A DNA stretch of 64,000 nt from a virus, in IMG/VR virus record IMGVR_UViG_3300044984_003188; one strand, written 5' to 3'. Below the pieces are notes generated by a model. The model was not told where the DNA came from. It saw only the letters and a list, made by a program, of their open reading frames with translations, and searched no databases. Below, piece after piece: positions 28,345 through 38,934 of this stretch. A program made the position numbers and the translations under genes. The number at the start of each line of letters is the position of its first letter. The stretch's first letter is position 1.

Positions 28345-29370
28345 ATGTTATGGCTTGAACAAAAATATATTGGACTTTTGTCAAATCGACTAAGGAACTT
28401 CAAAAGGAAGTCCTCTGGTTTATATAATTTCTCATGCCCAATTTGCAATGACTCTGAGTCCGATAAAAGGAAAGCCAGAGGTTATATCTATGAAAAGCAA
28501 AGTAAAACCCTATTCCATTGCCATAATTGTAATGCAACAAAAGGGTTTGAAAATTTTTTAAAATTAATTGATGAATCCATTTTCAATGAATATGCACTTG
28601 AAAAGTTAAAGGACAGCAAGTCCCCGCAACAAGTTGATCTAGAAGAATTTGTTGCAAAAATGAAGAAGCCAAACTTTATGAAGACTGAGCCACTCAAGGG
28701 TCTTCGGAAAATTAGTCAACTAGATCCTGATGATCCTATTAAGCTTCTTGTATCAAAACGCAAAATCCCAAATCCATATCATGCAAAGATGTTTAAAGTA
28801 CCTAAGTTCTTTTCATGGGTAAATAGTTTTATCCCTGATAAGTTTGATGATGAGTCTTTACTCTATGACGAACCACGACTTCTTATCCCTTTCTTAAATA
28901 AGAATGGTGAAATGCATGCTTTTCAAGGTAGGTCACTAGACTCAAAATCTAAAACTAAGTATATTACTATTGTTCTAGATGAAAGTCAACCAAAGGTATA
29001 TGGACTAGATACAGTTGATTCTTCAAAAAAGACTTATGTTACAGAAGGTGTTTTAGATGCAATTTTTCTACCAAATGCTATTGCAACTGCAGGTGGGGAT
29101 ATAGTATCAGGAATTAAAGATATGACCAAAACCAATATGATTATTGTTTATGACAATGAAAATAGAAACAAGCACACAATTAATAAAATTGAAAAGGCCA
29201 TATACAATGGTTATAAAGTATGTATATGGCCTGAGAATTTTACATATAAAGATATTAATGAAGCTATTATAGCAGGGTTAAGTACAGAATTTATTAAACA
29301 TATTATAGATACAAATACTTATCATGATCTTAATGCTAAACTTAAATTAACTATGTGGAAGAAAATTTAA
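28345..29370 (+). CDS. gp61: DNA primase (T4 gp61)
   Basis: CPICNDS/CHNC zinc finger, FQGR, TEG, YDNE, KDINE; promoter at 28285-28311. Confidence 0.95.
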   Translation: MLWLEQKYIGLLSNRLRNFKRKSSGLYNFSCPICNDSESDKRKARGYIYEKQSKTLFHCHNCNATKGFENFLKLIDESIFNEYALEKLKDSKSPQQVDLEEFVAKMKKPNFMKTEPLKGLRKISQLDPDDPIKLLVSKRKIPNPYHAKMFKVPKFFSWVNSFIPDKFDDESLLYDEPRLLIPFLNKNGEMHAFQGRSLDSKSKTKYITIVLDESQPKVYGLDTVDSSKKTYVTEGVLDAIFLPNAIATAGGDIVSGIKDMTKTNMIIVYDNENRNKHTINKIEKAIYNGYKVCIWPENFTYKDINEAIIAGLSTEFIKHIIDTNTYHDLNAKLKLTMWKKI

Positions 29371-30022
29371 ATTTTCTAGGTACCATACCCTCCTTCCAGA
29401 AAATTTTAGCTTCAGAAGGTAAACATATATAGTTTTTTACGCCGTCATTGTAATATTTTTTACCGATTCTCCCTGAAGGTACACTATTCTTTTTTCTTGA
29501 CTTTTTTAATCTACCAAGAAAAGTGCCTTCAGGTAATTTTCTAACAAAATATTCATTTGTGCCATCATTACACCAAAATTTACCTGTTCTATCAACTATC
29601 ATTTTTAGTTTAGTTTCTTCGGTAATAATTTGATATGATCTAGCTATTTGAATTTTTTTTAAAGATTCTTTTGAGTGTTTTTTACCATAAAATGGATTTT
29701 TTTCACCAAATCTGGCTGAACCATACATAGGATTATCTTCCCCAGCAGCCCCTTCTCCACCATCTGTCATATTATGTAATATACCGGTATTTCTATCTTT
29801 TCGACCATACCAACGTATTAGTCTTCTTTCTAATGCCAATGCACCAATATTAGATAAATTATTTTCACAAATAATAATTTTTGACTTATCCTTTGGTGCT
29901 GTTATTCTGTGTTTATCCCATGCTCTATTACCTGTTCCTTTACCTATATAATATGGTGTTCCATTTTTTCTAAGATAAGCATATACATAATATCTAAATT
30001 CAGTCTTTAATTGTTTTTGCAT
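29351..30022 (-). mobile_element. GIY-YIG homing endonuclease with NUMOD3 motifs
   Basis: YYVYAY...[28 protein letters not shown]; own late promoter. Confidence 0.9.
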
Positions 30023-30106
30023 GCTGTGTTTCCCTTCTTAAGCATAGAGTCCATGGGAATTGCCGTTCCGTGATGGACAATACTATTTATAAAATAAATT
30101 AATTTA

Positions 30107-30436
30107 GGACCAATCGACTCCATGTTTATTCCAAATGCTATTGCAACCGCAGGTGGTGATCTTGTTTCTGGTATTACTGGATTTGAAAAGAAAAATTTTG
30201 TCATCATTTATGACAATGAACCACGTAATCGTGACACCGTAAAAAAGATTGACAAAGCCATTATGAATGGATATAATGTTTGTATATGGCCATCCAATCT
30301 AGATTCAAAAGATGTGAACGAGATGATTTTATCTGGTCTTAGTTCAGATTTTGTTAGGTATGTCATTGACACTCACACATTTTGTGATCTAAGAGCAAAG
30401 ATGGAGTTAAATAATTGGAAAAAAATAACCGCTTAA
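30107..30436 (+). pseudogene. orphaned duplicate 3' third of primase
   Basis: [18 protein letters not shown]...YDNE...KDVNE parallels 29047-29370. Confidence 0.88.
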
Positions 30437-30616
30437 AATGCGATGCATGTAATGATACCAGGGTTCATGCATATGATGAACATCACAACACCTGGTGTAA
30501 AAAATGTTGTCTCCATGAGAATGGTTATTATCTGGTGACCACCGATCATTGGGGTGAAGATTTGATCGGTCAATATCTTTGCAAGAAATGTGGTTGGATT
30601 AGGAAAGGTTTAAATT

Positions 30617-30958
30617 ATGGGGATTGATACTTATTTTTACACAATTTACGGTGTAAAGACTGAGTGGGATGATGAGTTCCATGATAAGTATGATTTAGTT
30701 TATGATGATAAAGATACACCATGGATTCTAGTAGACGGAATGAGTGGTAAATATAATATTTTCGGTATTCCATTATTTGAGTCTGGTAATCTTAGGTGGG
30801 GATTTGATGATGGAGATTTCTTCAAGGAAATCAATGTAGATAATCTTAAAGAACTTGAAACCAAGTACCGTGAAGAATTTGGTAAAAAGTTTCCCGAGCA
30901 TGTGCATCTTCTAGGATCAGAACCTTTTAAGCTTGTCAGCTTAATCCACTTCTCATAA
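30617..30958 (+). CDS. hypothetical protein
   Basis: 113-aa ORF with RBS. Confidence 0.7.
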   Translation: MGIDTYFYTIYGVKTEWDDEFHDKYDLVYDDKDTPWILVDGMSGKYNIFGIPLFESGNLRWGFDDGDFFKEINVDNLKELETKYREEFGKKFPEHVHLLGSEPFKLVSLIHFS

Positions 30959-30970
30959 AAGATTTAAATT

Positions 30971-31402
30971 ATGAATAATCTCAGTATCCTGATTTATTTT
31001 GCTGGTGCTGTAAGTAATCTTGGTGCTTTTTTTGCTACCATTACAGCATTACTAATGGTACCAATGATTGGTTCTATTATTTTTTGGCTTGTTTATCATG
31101 ATGAAACAGATTCATCATTCCGTTCGTACACAGGTGATGCGCTAGTTGAATGCAGGAAAACACGTGAACTTTGGCGTAAACGTGCTGTTAAGTTTGCTTT
31201 GCTTGCTGTTTTTACAGGTTTAATTTGTAATTTTATTCCTACCCGTCAAACTGTTCTTCTCATTGCTGGATCTGAAATGGGTGAAAAGGTTCTTAATAGT
31301 GAAAAAGTAACTAATGTTGTGGATCCAGGTATTGAACTTATTACCACTTGGATGAAGAATGAAACCGCTGAAATCAAGAAAAAGATGGAAACAAAACAAT
31401 GA
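30971..31402 (+). CDS. membrane protein
   Basis: Two hydrophobic helices. Confidence 0.7.
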   Translation: MNNLSILIYFAGAVSNLGAFFATITALLMVPMIGSIIFWLVYHDETDSSFRSYTGDALVECRKTRELWRKRAVKFALLAVFTGLICNFIPTRQTVLLIAGSEMGEKVLNSEKVTNVVDPGIELITTWMKNETAEIKKKMETKQ

Positions 31403-31770
31403 TTCTAGAAGTACTAAACATTGAAGATAATGATGACGGTTCTGCCACTCTTACGGTGGATATGGATCAAGAAACTCTAAAGAAATTTGCTAGCGTTGGT
31501 ATTATCAAAGTGCTTAAAGATAGTGTTGAAGATATTATTATTGATGATGTTGATCAATTTATTGAAGATGTTAAAGATACTCCACCGGAGCCAATGTATG
31601 ATGTTGCAGTTGCATATATTGATGATGCAATTAAAGTTCTAGAAGATAGAATGACTGAGTTTCCAATATCATATAATGATAAACTTATTATTGACACGCT
31701 ATCCGATACGTGTCATGATGCACTACAAATTCTTATTGTGGCTAGGTCATTTTTTGATAATAAAGCTTGA
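31399..31770 (+). CDS. hypothetical acidic protein
   Basis: EDNDDGSA motif; ATGA overlap. Confidence 0.65.
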   Translation: MILEVLNIEDNDDGSATLTVDMDQETLKKFASVGIIKVLKDSVEDIIIDDVDQFIEDVKDTPPEPMYDVAVAYIDDAIKVLEDRMTEFPISYNDKLIIDTLSDTCHDALQILIVARSFFDNKA

Positions 31771-31886
31771 TAAGTTTACACAACTTCCTTGCCATCTTTG
31801 GTGTGGTGATCTGTGTAATTGTTATCCATATAGGATCGACAATAAAAATAAAGTCAAAGAGACAAAAGAGACATTGAAAAGATTAA

Positions 31887-32540
31887 ATGATGAATAATGC
31901 AAAAATTATAGCCATAACTAATCCACTCGTCGACGGAGTAAAATCTGCCGACGAGTTTATTGCCTATACTGCCAGAGTTTCAAATCCATCCAATCAGATG
32001 AATACGGATACATCAGAAAAACTTTTAAAATACTGCATTCGGAATAAGCATTTCAGCATCTTTGAAATGATAAATGTAGTAATGGAAGTTAATACATCTA
32101 GGGATATTGCTCGACAAATCCTACGTCATCGTTCATTTTCATTCCAAGAATTTTCACAACGATATGCTGATCCTACTAAGGACCTTGGGTTTGTGACTCG
32201 TGAAGCACGACTTCAAGATAAAAAGAACCGACAAAATAGCATTGAAAATGTTGATGTACTTCTAAGTATGGAATGGCTCAATAGACAAAATTATATTTTA
32301 GATATTGTAGAAGATAACTATAAATGGGCTATTGACAACGGCATTGCTAAAGAACAAGCACGTGCTATTCTTCCAGAAGGTCTTACAATTTCACGAATGT
32401 ATATGAATGGCACACTTCGTAGCTGGATTCATTATTGTGAATTGCGAATGTCCAATGGCACACAGAAAGAACATCAACTAGTTGCAGAATCTGCTTGGGC
32501 AGAGATTGGTAAATACTTCACATTTTTAACAAAAGAATAG
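31887..32540 (+). CDS. thyX: flavin-dependent thymidylate synthase
   Basis: RHRSFSFQEFSQRY, AKEQAR, TQKEH. Confidence 0.96.
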   Translation: MMNNAKIIAITNPLVDGVKSADEFIAYTARVSNPSNQMNTDTSEKLLKYCIRNKHFSIFEMINVVMEVNTSRDIARQILRHRSFSFQEFSQRYADPTKDLGFVTREARLQDKKNRQNSIENVDVLLSMEWLNRQNYILDIVEDNYKWAIDNGIAKEQARAILPEGLTISRMYMNGTLRSWIHYCELRMSNGTQKEHQLVAESAWAEIGKYFTFLTKE

Positions 32541-32548
32541 AGGACTAT

Positions 32549-34837
32549 ATGGTAATCAATGTAATAAAAAGAGATGGTACTGTTGAACCACTAAATTTAG
32601 AAAAATTTCATAGGGTTGTGCGTTGGGCATGTGAAGGGTTATCAAATGTTTCCGAGTCTGAAGTAGAAATTAAATCACAAATTCAATTCTATAATAATAT
32701 CAAAACATCTGATATTCAAGAAACACTTATTAAAGCCACTTCAGAACTAATCACAGAAGCAACTCCAAACTATCAGTATGTTGCTTCACGGCTTATCAAC
32801 TATCACCTACGCAAGCAAGTCTATAATGGTCCAAACCCATGTTCTCTTTTTCAACATGTTGTAAATGTAGTTTCTGATGGATATTATGAACAAAATCTAT
32901 TATCATGGTACGATGATGACGAATACAAAATCCTGAATGGTTATCTAGTACATGATAGAGATTTCAATATCCCATATGCAGGAATGGAACAACTTCGTGG
33001 TAAGTATCTAATCAGAAACCGTGCCACAAATAAATATTATGAAACACCACAGATGAGTTATATGCTCATTGCTATGGTTCTGTTTCACAAATATCCAAAG
33101 AATGAACGTCTGAAGTGGGTAAAGGACTTTTATGATGCAACCTCGACTTTCGAAATCTCTCTGCCGACTCCTATCATGGCTGGTCTACGCAGTCCACAAA
33201 AGCAATTTAGTTCTTGTGTGTTGGTGGATTCGGATGATTCTCTAGATTCTATTAATGCTACTACATCATCTATTGTAAAGTATGTTTCACAGAAGGCAGG
33301 TATTGGTATCAATGCAGGCCGAATTCGTGCTATTGGATCTCCAATCCGTAATGGTGATGCAACTCACACCGGTGTGATTCCATTCTACAAGATGTTTCAA
33401 GCTGCTGTTCGTTCCTGCTCTCAAGGTGGCGTACGAAACGGTGCCGCAACTCTTTATTATCCGGTTTGGCACTATGAGGTGGAAGATCTTCTAGTCCTAA
33501 AGAATAATAAAGGTACTGAGGATAATAGAATCAGAAATGTAGATTATGGCGTTCAATTTAATAAACTTATGTATGAACGTCTACTATCTGGTGGTAATAT
33601 TACACTATTTTCACCACATGATGTTCCAGGTCTATATGAGGCATTCTTTGTAAATTATGACAAGTTCAAAGATCTTTATGAAGAAGCTGAGCAAAACCCA
33701 AATATTCGTAAAAAGAGTATTTCAGCTTTAACTTTATTTGGTTCATTCATCCAGGAACGTAAAGATACTGGTAGAATTTATCTAATGAATGTGGATCATG
33801 CAAATGATCATGGAGCTTTTATTAAAGAAGTTGCACCTGTTTATCAAAGTAATTTGTGTGCAGAAATAGCACTTCCTACAAAACCATTACGAGATGTTTT
33901 TGATCCGGATGGTGAAATTAGTCTATGCACACTTGCTGCAATCAACTGGGGTAAAATTCGTGCTACTTCTGACTTTGAGCGTCCTGCTAAACTTATTGTC
34001 CGTGCTCTTGATGAGTTGCTTGATTATCAAGATTACCCTGTTTTGGCAGCAAAAAACTCTACCATGGCACGTCGCCCTCTCGGTGTTGGCATTATCAATT
34101 TTGCTTACTGGCTTGCTAAAAATGATCTTACTTATTCTAATATAGGGTCAGAAGGTCTAAAGAAAGTCCATGAGTTTGCTGAAGCCTGGTCGTATTACCT
34201 AATTAAGGCTTCTGCTGATCTAGCAAAGGAAAAAGGTGCTTGCCCTAAGTCAACTGAAACTAAGTACTCTTTGGGTGTTCTGCCGATTGATACTTACAAG
34301 AAAAATGTTGACAATTTGGTGGATCCGGTTTATAAATTGGATTGGAACTCTCTGCGTATTCAACTATCAGAATGTGGAATCCGTAATTCCACACTGATGG
34401 CTCTGATGCCTGCCGAGACCTCTGCACAGATTAGTAACTCAACGAATGGTATTGAACCAGTACGATCACTTATTTCCATTAAACAAAGTAAGGATGGAGT
34501 GCTCAAGCAGGTTGTACCAGACATTAAAAGACTTAAAAATAAATATGATCTTCTATGGGATCAGAAGTCTCCGGAAGGTTATCTGCAAATTTGTGCAGTA
34601 CTACAAAAGTTTATCGACCAAGCTATCTCGGTAAATACTAGTTATAATCCTAAGCATTATGACAGTGATCAAATTCCAATGTCAGTCCTAATGAAGGATA
34701 TCATTCAATTCTATCAAATGGGTGGTAAAAATCTATATTACTTCAATACATTTGATGGTGCTGGTGAACAAGAAGTACTACCAGAGTTAGAACAATCCAA
34801 AATTCAAGATGAAACTTGTGATAGTTGTACCATATGA
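32549..34837 (+). CDS. nrdA: ribonucleotide reductase class Ia alpha subunit
   Basis: ATP cone, PTP, FSSC, SNLCAE, MPAETS, C-terminal CDSC. Confidence 0.97.
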   Translation: MVINVIKRDGTVEPLNLEKFHRVVRWACEGLSNVSESEVEIKSQIQFYNNIKTSDIQETLIKATSELITEATPNYQYVASRLINYHLRKQVYNGPNPCSLFQHVVNVVSDGYYEQNLLSWYDDDEYKILNGYLVHDRDFNIPYAGMEQLRGKYLIRNRATNKYYETPQMSYMLIAMVLFHKYPKNERLKWVKDFYDATSTFEISLPTPIMAGLRSPQKQFSSCVLVDSDDSLDSINATTSSIVKYVSQKAGIGINAGRIRAIGSPIRNGDATHTGVIPFYKMFQAAVRSCSQGGVRNGAATLYYPVWHYEVEDLLVLKNNKGTEDNRIRNVDYGVQFNKLMYERLLSGGNITLFSPHDVPGLYEAFFVNYDKFKDLYEEAEQNPNIRKKSISALTLFGSFIQERKDTGRIYLMNVDHANDHGAFIKEVAPVYQSNLCAEIALPTKPLRDVFDPDGEISLCTLAAINWGKIRATSDFERPAKLIVRALDELLDYQDYPVLAAKNSTMARRPLGVGIINFAYWLAKNDLTYSNIGSEGLKKVHEFAEAWSYYLIKASADLAKEKGACPKSTETKYSLGVLPIDTYKKNVDNLVDPVYKLDWNSLRIQLSECGIRNSTLMALMPAETSAQISNSTNGIEPVRSLISIKQSKDGVLKQVVPDIKRLKNKYDLLWDQKSPEGYLQICAVLQKFIDQAISVNTSYNPKHYDSDQIPMSVLMKDIIQFYQMGGKNLYYFNTFDGAGEQEVLPELEQSKIQDETCDSCTI

Positions 34838-35022
34838 TACTTCAACTTAATCCACCACTTCCCCTTGAAACACCTCAAGGTAAAGCATGGGCACATTTTA
34901 TGATAGATTATGGACTTGAGCATGATCTACTTTGGGTGTGTTTTCAAGATGAAACAAGTGAATGTTGGACTTGGTCTAATAGACAAATAAAGATACAAAA
35001 AAACATTACTATAGGTAGGTAA
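34834..35022 (+). CDS. hypothetical protein
   Basis: QLNPPLPLETPQG...IDYG. Confidence 0.7.
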   Translation: MILQLNPPLPLETPQGKAWAHFMIDYGLEHDLLWVCFQDETSECWTWSNRQIKIQKNITIGR

Positions 35023-35025
35023 AAA

Positions 35026-36126
35026 ATGGCTTATAATGTATTTGATTCTTCAAATAAAAAGAGTCATCTTAAATCTCGACTTTTCTTTGATGAACCTCCT
35101 ACTATTGCTAGGTTTGACAAACAAAAGTATCCTTTTCTAGAAAAACTAACTCGACAGCAAATGAGTTTCTTTTGGGTTCCGGAGGAAGTTGATCTTCTAA
35201 AGGACTCAAAAGACTTTCGTGAACTATCAAAGCATGAACAACATATTTTTACCAGTAATCTAAAGCGCCAAATTCTGCTTGATTCTGTGCAAGGTCGAGC
35301 ACCAACTGCAGCATTTGGTCCGATCTGTTCTTTACCTGAACTTGAAAACTGGATTGTGGCATGGACATTTAGTGAAACTGTTCATTCACGATCCTATACG
35401 CATATCATTCGTAATGTATATTCCGATCCATCAAAGATTCTGGATGATATTCTAGATATGCAGGAAATTGTTGATTGTGCCAAAGATATCAGCAAGAACT
35501 ATAATGCGCTAATTGAACTCAATAGTACACTTAGCCCACTTTCAAGTTTTTCAATGGATCCTTATGATCATAAGAAAGCCCTCTGGTTGACTCTCATGTC
35601 AGTCAATATTCTTGAGGGTATCCGTTTTTATGTCAGTTTTGCTTGTTCATGGGCATTTGCTGAGTTGAAGAAGATGGAAGGTAATGCTAAAATTATCAAG
35701 CTTATCTGCCGTGATGAAAATCTACATCTAGCTAGTACACAACAACTTCTAAAAGTACTTCCGCTAGATGATCCTGATTTCAAGAAAATTCAAGAAGAAA
35801 CAAAAGCAGAATGCCTTGAAATGTTTAAAGATGCAGCAGAACAAGAAAAAGCATGGGCTGAATATCTATTTAAAGATGGATCAATGATTGGTCTGAATAA
35901 GCAACTTCTAAATGAATATGTAGAGTGGATTACCAACCGTCGTTTGACTGCAGTTGGTCTTCCAAATCTATATAAGACTGGTTCTAATCCATTACCATGG
36001 ACAAGCAAATGGATTTCTGGTGGAGAAGTACAAGTTGCACCTCAGCAAACACAAATAACTTCCTACATTATCGGTGGAGTGAAGAATGATGTTTCAACTG
36101 AATCATTAAAAGATTTTAAACTGTAA
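35026..36126 (+). CDS. nrdB: ribonucleotide reductase class Ia beta subunit
   Basis: FWVPEE, DSVQ, ETVHSRSY, EGIRFY, RDENLH. Confidence 0.96.
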   Translation: MAYNVFDSSNKKSHLKSRLFFDEPPTIARFDKQKYPFLEKLTRQQMSFFWVPEEVDLLKDSKDFRELSKHEQHIFTSNLKRQILLDSVQGRAPTAAFGPICSLPELENWIVAWTFSETVHSRSYTHIIRNVYSDPSKILDDILDMQEIVDCAKDISKNYNALIELNSTLSPLSSFSMDPYDHKKALWLTLMSVNILEGIRFYVSFACSWAFAELKKMEGNAKIIKLICRDENLHLASTQQLLKVLPLDDPDFKKIQEETKAECLEMFKDAAEQEKAWAEYLFKDGSMIGLNKQLLNEYVEWITNRRLTAVGLPNLYKTGSNPLPWTSKWISGGEVQVAPQQTQITSYIIGGVKNDVSTESLKDFKL

Positions 36127-37505
36127 TGTTTATAACACCAAAACTAGAAGAGTGTCTTGATTTTGCTAAAAATATGGGTTGTAATGAACTAGTTCAAGTT
36201 TCTATTGAACCCAGAGAGTTTGATTTACCTTATAGGTGCCACGATAACTGTTCATATAATCCTGTTCTTGGATATTATTTTATCAAAGATTATAATACTA
36301 ATATATTATATGCTTATAAACACAGTGTTTTAAATCTAGGCGAAAAACTTATAGATGTAACACCCACTTTTGATAATAGAACATATAATATATTTGGTTA
36401 TGGTCCAGATTTAAAATATTCTTTTGAGTCTATTATGTATCTTGAAAACCAAGTTTTTATAAATAAAGAAAAACTTGGAGATCAAGATATGTATTACGTT
36501 TATGGATTAATAGACTCTAGAACAAATCTACCTTTTTATATAGGTAAAGGTAAAGGCGATCGTTGGAAATACCATTATAGCAATAAATGTTTTGAAAAAG
36601 AAATATCAACAAAAAAAGTTGATATGATTAAAGAGCTTAAATCTTTAGGATATGAACCAAGCGTAATATTTTATGCTCAAAATATTGATGATGAACATAT
36701 AGCATATGATATAGAAGCATCACTTATTAAAAAATACGGTAGAAAATATTATGAAGAAAACGGTATACTAACCAATATTACTATAGATTCTAGACCGCCT
36801 AACTGGAAAGATAAAACTTATGAAGAAATATATGGTTACGAAAAAGGTAAGGAAATAAAAGAATATAAAGCCAAACAACAAAGAGCACGTGGCGGATATT
36901 TTAAAGGACAAAAGCATACAGAAGAAAGTAAAAGAAAAATAGGTGTTGCTTCTGCTGCGCAAGCTTTAACCGAAGAAATAGTTTTAGAATATGGTAAAAA
37001 CTTTTGTGATTTTTTTAATGGCCAAATAAGTAGAACAAAATGGAACTGGTGGACAAAAAATAATAATATACAAACAAATATTTTAAAACAGGGTATTAGA
37101 TTTTCCGGAAGATATGCATTAGAAGTTTTTGTAGAGAGGTTCAATGCAAATCTTATAACAAGTCCTTTGTTATGGTTTCATCATCCTGAAACTAAAGAAA
37201 CATTTAGATGTCAAGATTGGGAACTAGAACACAAAGTAAAAATAGTTCCAAAAGGGTTTATTAAGGGGCGAGGAATAAGTACTTTTGGTGATAATAAAGG
37301 TTTTATAATAGTAAGCGATAAAGAAAAAAATACAACAACAAGAATGAAAAAAGATGATCCAAGATATATCTCTGGTGAATACATATCAGTAAATAAAGAT
37401 TATGTTATTGTAGAAGATAATAATCATAATATTTTTAGGGTAAAAAAGAACGATCCAAGATATATTTCGGGTGAACTTGTATTTAAAAATCCCGCAAAAG
37501 GATAA
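36126..37505 (+). mobile_element. GIY-YIG (LEM-3-like) endonuclease with unrelated N-terminal domain; nested start at 36489
   Basis: YYVYGLID...PFYIGKG, EASLI, NUMOD-like KGQKHTEESKRKI, duplicated DPRYISGE. Confidence 0.8.
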
Positions 37506-37507
37506 GA

Positions 37508-37588
37508 AAACACAGATAACTTCATATATTATCGGTGGTGTAAAAAATGATGTTTCAACTGAATCACTAAAAGATTTTAAATTGTAAG
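37508..37588 (+). pseudogene. duplicate 3' end of nrdB
   Basis: TQITSYIIGGVKNDVSTESLKDFKL*, same peptide as 36049-36126 with synonymous changes. Confidence 0.9.
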
Positions 37589-37597
37589 GAGAATTAA

Positions 37598-37861
37598 ATG
37601 GGTTGGGCAACAGGAAGTAAATTATTTTCTGAAATAGCAGAAAGTATTGAACGACATGTACATGATGAACAGACTAAAATAAATGTTTATTATGAAATGA
37701 TATCATCATTTGAAGATTTTGATGCTGATACCTTAGATGAATGCTTAGGTATTAGTGATGCTTTAGATGCTGTTCTCAAAGAAGTTTATAATATTGATGA
37801 CCCGGATGAAGATCCAGATGAAGAAATTTGGGACGACGGCGGCAGAGAAAACTTTAGATAA
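37598..37861 (+). CDS. hypothetical acidic protein
   Basis: MGWATGS; AGGAG RBS. Confidence 0.75.
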   Translation: MGWATGSKLFSEIAESIERHVHDEQTKINVYYEMISSFEDFDADTLDECLGISDALDAVLKEVYNIDDPDEDPDEEIWDDGGRENFR

Positions 37862-37893
37862 GTAGTATAAGTATGGGGGAAGGAGACTCCCCC

Positions 37894-38316
37894 ATGAATA
37901 CTTGGCTTTATAATGATAAACCTATAGAATTGGAAAATATAGAAAATTATATAGGATTTGTGTATTTAATAACAAATACACTAAATGATAAAAAATATAT
38001 TGGTAAAAAGCTTTTAAAATTTAAAAAAACAAAAACACTCAAGGGTAAAAAGAAAAAGATACTTGTTGAGTCTGATTGGCAAACCTATTATGGTTCAAAT
38101 GATGTTCTGAAAAAAGAAGTTCAAGAACATGGATCCAAAAATTTTAAACGTGAAATAATCCGATTTTGCAAAAATAAAAGTGAATTAACATACTTTGAGC
38201 TTAAAGAGCAAATTATAAGAGGCGCTTTAGAATCTGATAAGTATTATAATTCTTGGATATATGTTAGAGTCAGAAAAGAACATTTAAAAAGTGTTGACTT
38301 TTCTACATACATATGA
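37894..38316 (+). CDS. GIY-YIG endonuclease, T4 endonuclease II-like
   Basis: GFVYLITN...KYIGKK, SDWQTYYGS, FKREII, YYNSWI. Confidence 0.8.
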   Translation: MNTWLYNDKPIELENIENYIGFVYLITNTLNDKKYIGKKLLKFKKTKTLKGKKKKILVESDWQTYYGSNDVLKKEVQEHGSKNFKREIIRFCKNKSELTYFELKEQIIRGALESDKYYNSWIYVRVRKEHLKSVDFSTYI

Positions 38317-38439
38317 TATATAATAGTATAGGAGAAGTGCACATGCCTTGGGCACATAAATCTAAATCAGGTAAAGGCCGAAGAAAAATCGGTTCAAGTA
38401 AACGAAAAAAACGTCGTTTAAATAGAAAGAGGTAGTGTT

Positions 38440-38910
38440 GTGCAAAAGTTTGACCTTGAAAAAGTGAAGCAATTTATTTCAGATTCTTCACTTGAGTCAA
38501 AAATTTACATCGGATCAGACTCCGAACGCTTTAAGCATTTTGGAGTCTGGCATGCTGACTACTGTGTTGCCGTAATCATTCACAAAGACGGCAAACATGG
38601 ATGTAAAGTCTTTGGTGAGGTCACTAGACAAAAAGACTTTGATGCAAAAGTCGGTCGACCTGCTATGAGATTGATGAATGAAGTTTATCTAGTACATGAC
38701 ATGTATGAAAAACTTGTTGATGCTATTGGTTCTAGATATGTAGAACTTCATTTGGATATCAATCCATCAGAAAGATATGGATCCTCATGTGTAGTAAATC
38801 AAGCTATAGGCTATATTAGAGGTGCGTGTAATATTACACCTCGAGTAAAACCTCAGGCATTTGCTGCATCAATATGCGCCGATAGGCTCAAGGAACTTAT
38901 CGCAGCTTAA
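38440..38910 (+). CDS. RNase H-like YkuK family protein
   Basis: IYIGSDS, RLMNEV, HLDIN, KPQAFAASICAD. Confidence 0.85.
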   Translation: MQKFDLEKVKQFISDSSLESKIYIGSDSERFKHFGVWHADYCVAVIIHKDGKHGCKVFGEVTRQKDFDAKVGRPAMRLMNEVYLVHDMYEKLVDAIGSRYVELHLDINPSERYGSSCVVNQAIGYIRGACNITPRVKPQAFAASICADRLKELIAA

Positions 38911-38934
38911 AAAAACAATAAAGGAGTATGAACG

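Noticed and set aside
12141-36126. Inteins or stop-codon reassignment in core genes
   Set aside because: gp43, gp41, nrdA and nrdB have normal lengths and read intact in the standard code.
29047-37588. Group I introns in primase or nrdB
   Set aside because: Both upstream genes are complete with stop codons, and the inserts are filled by ORFs with no space for a ribozyme core.
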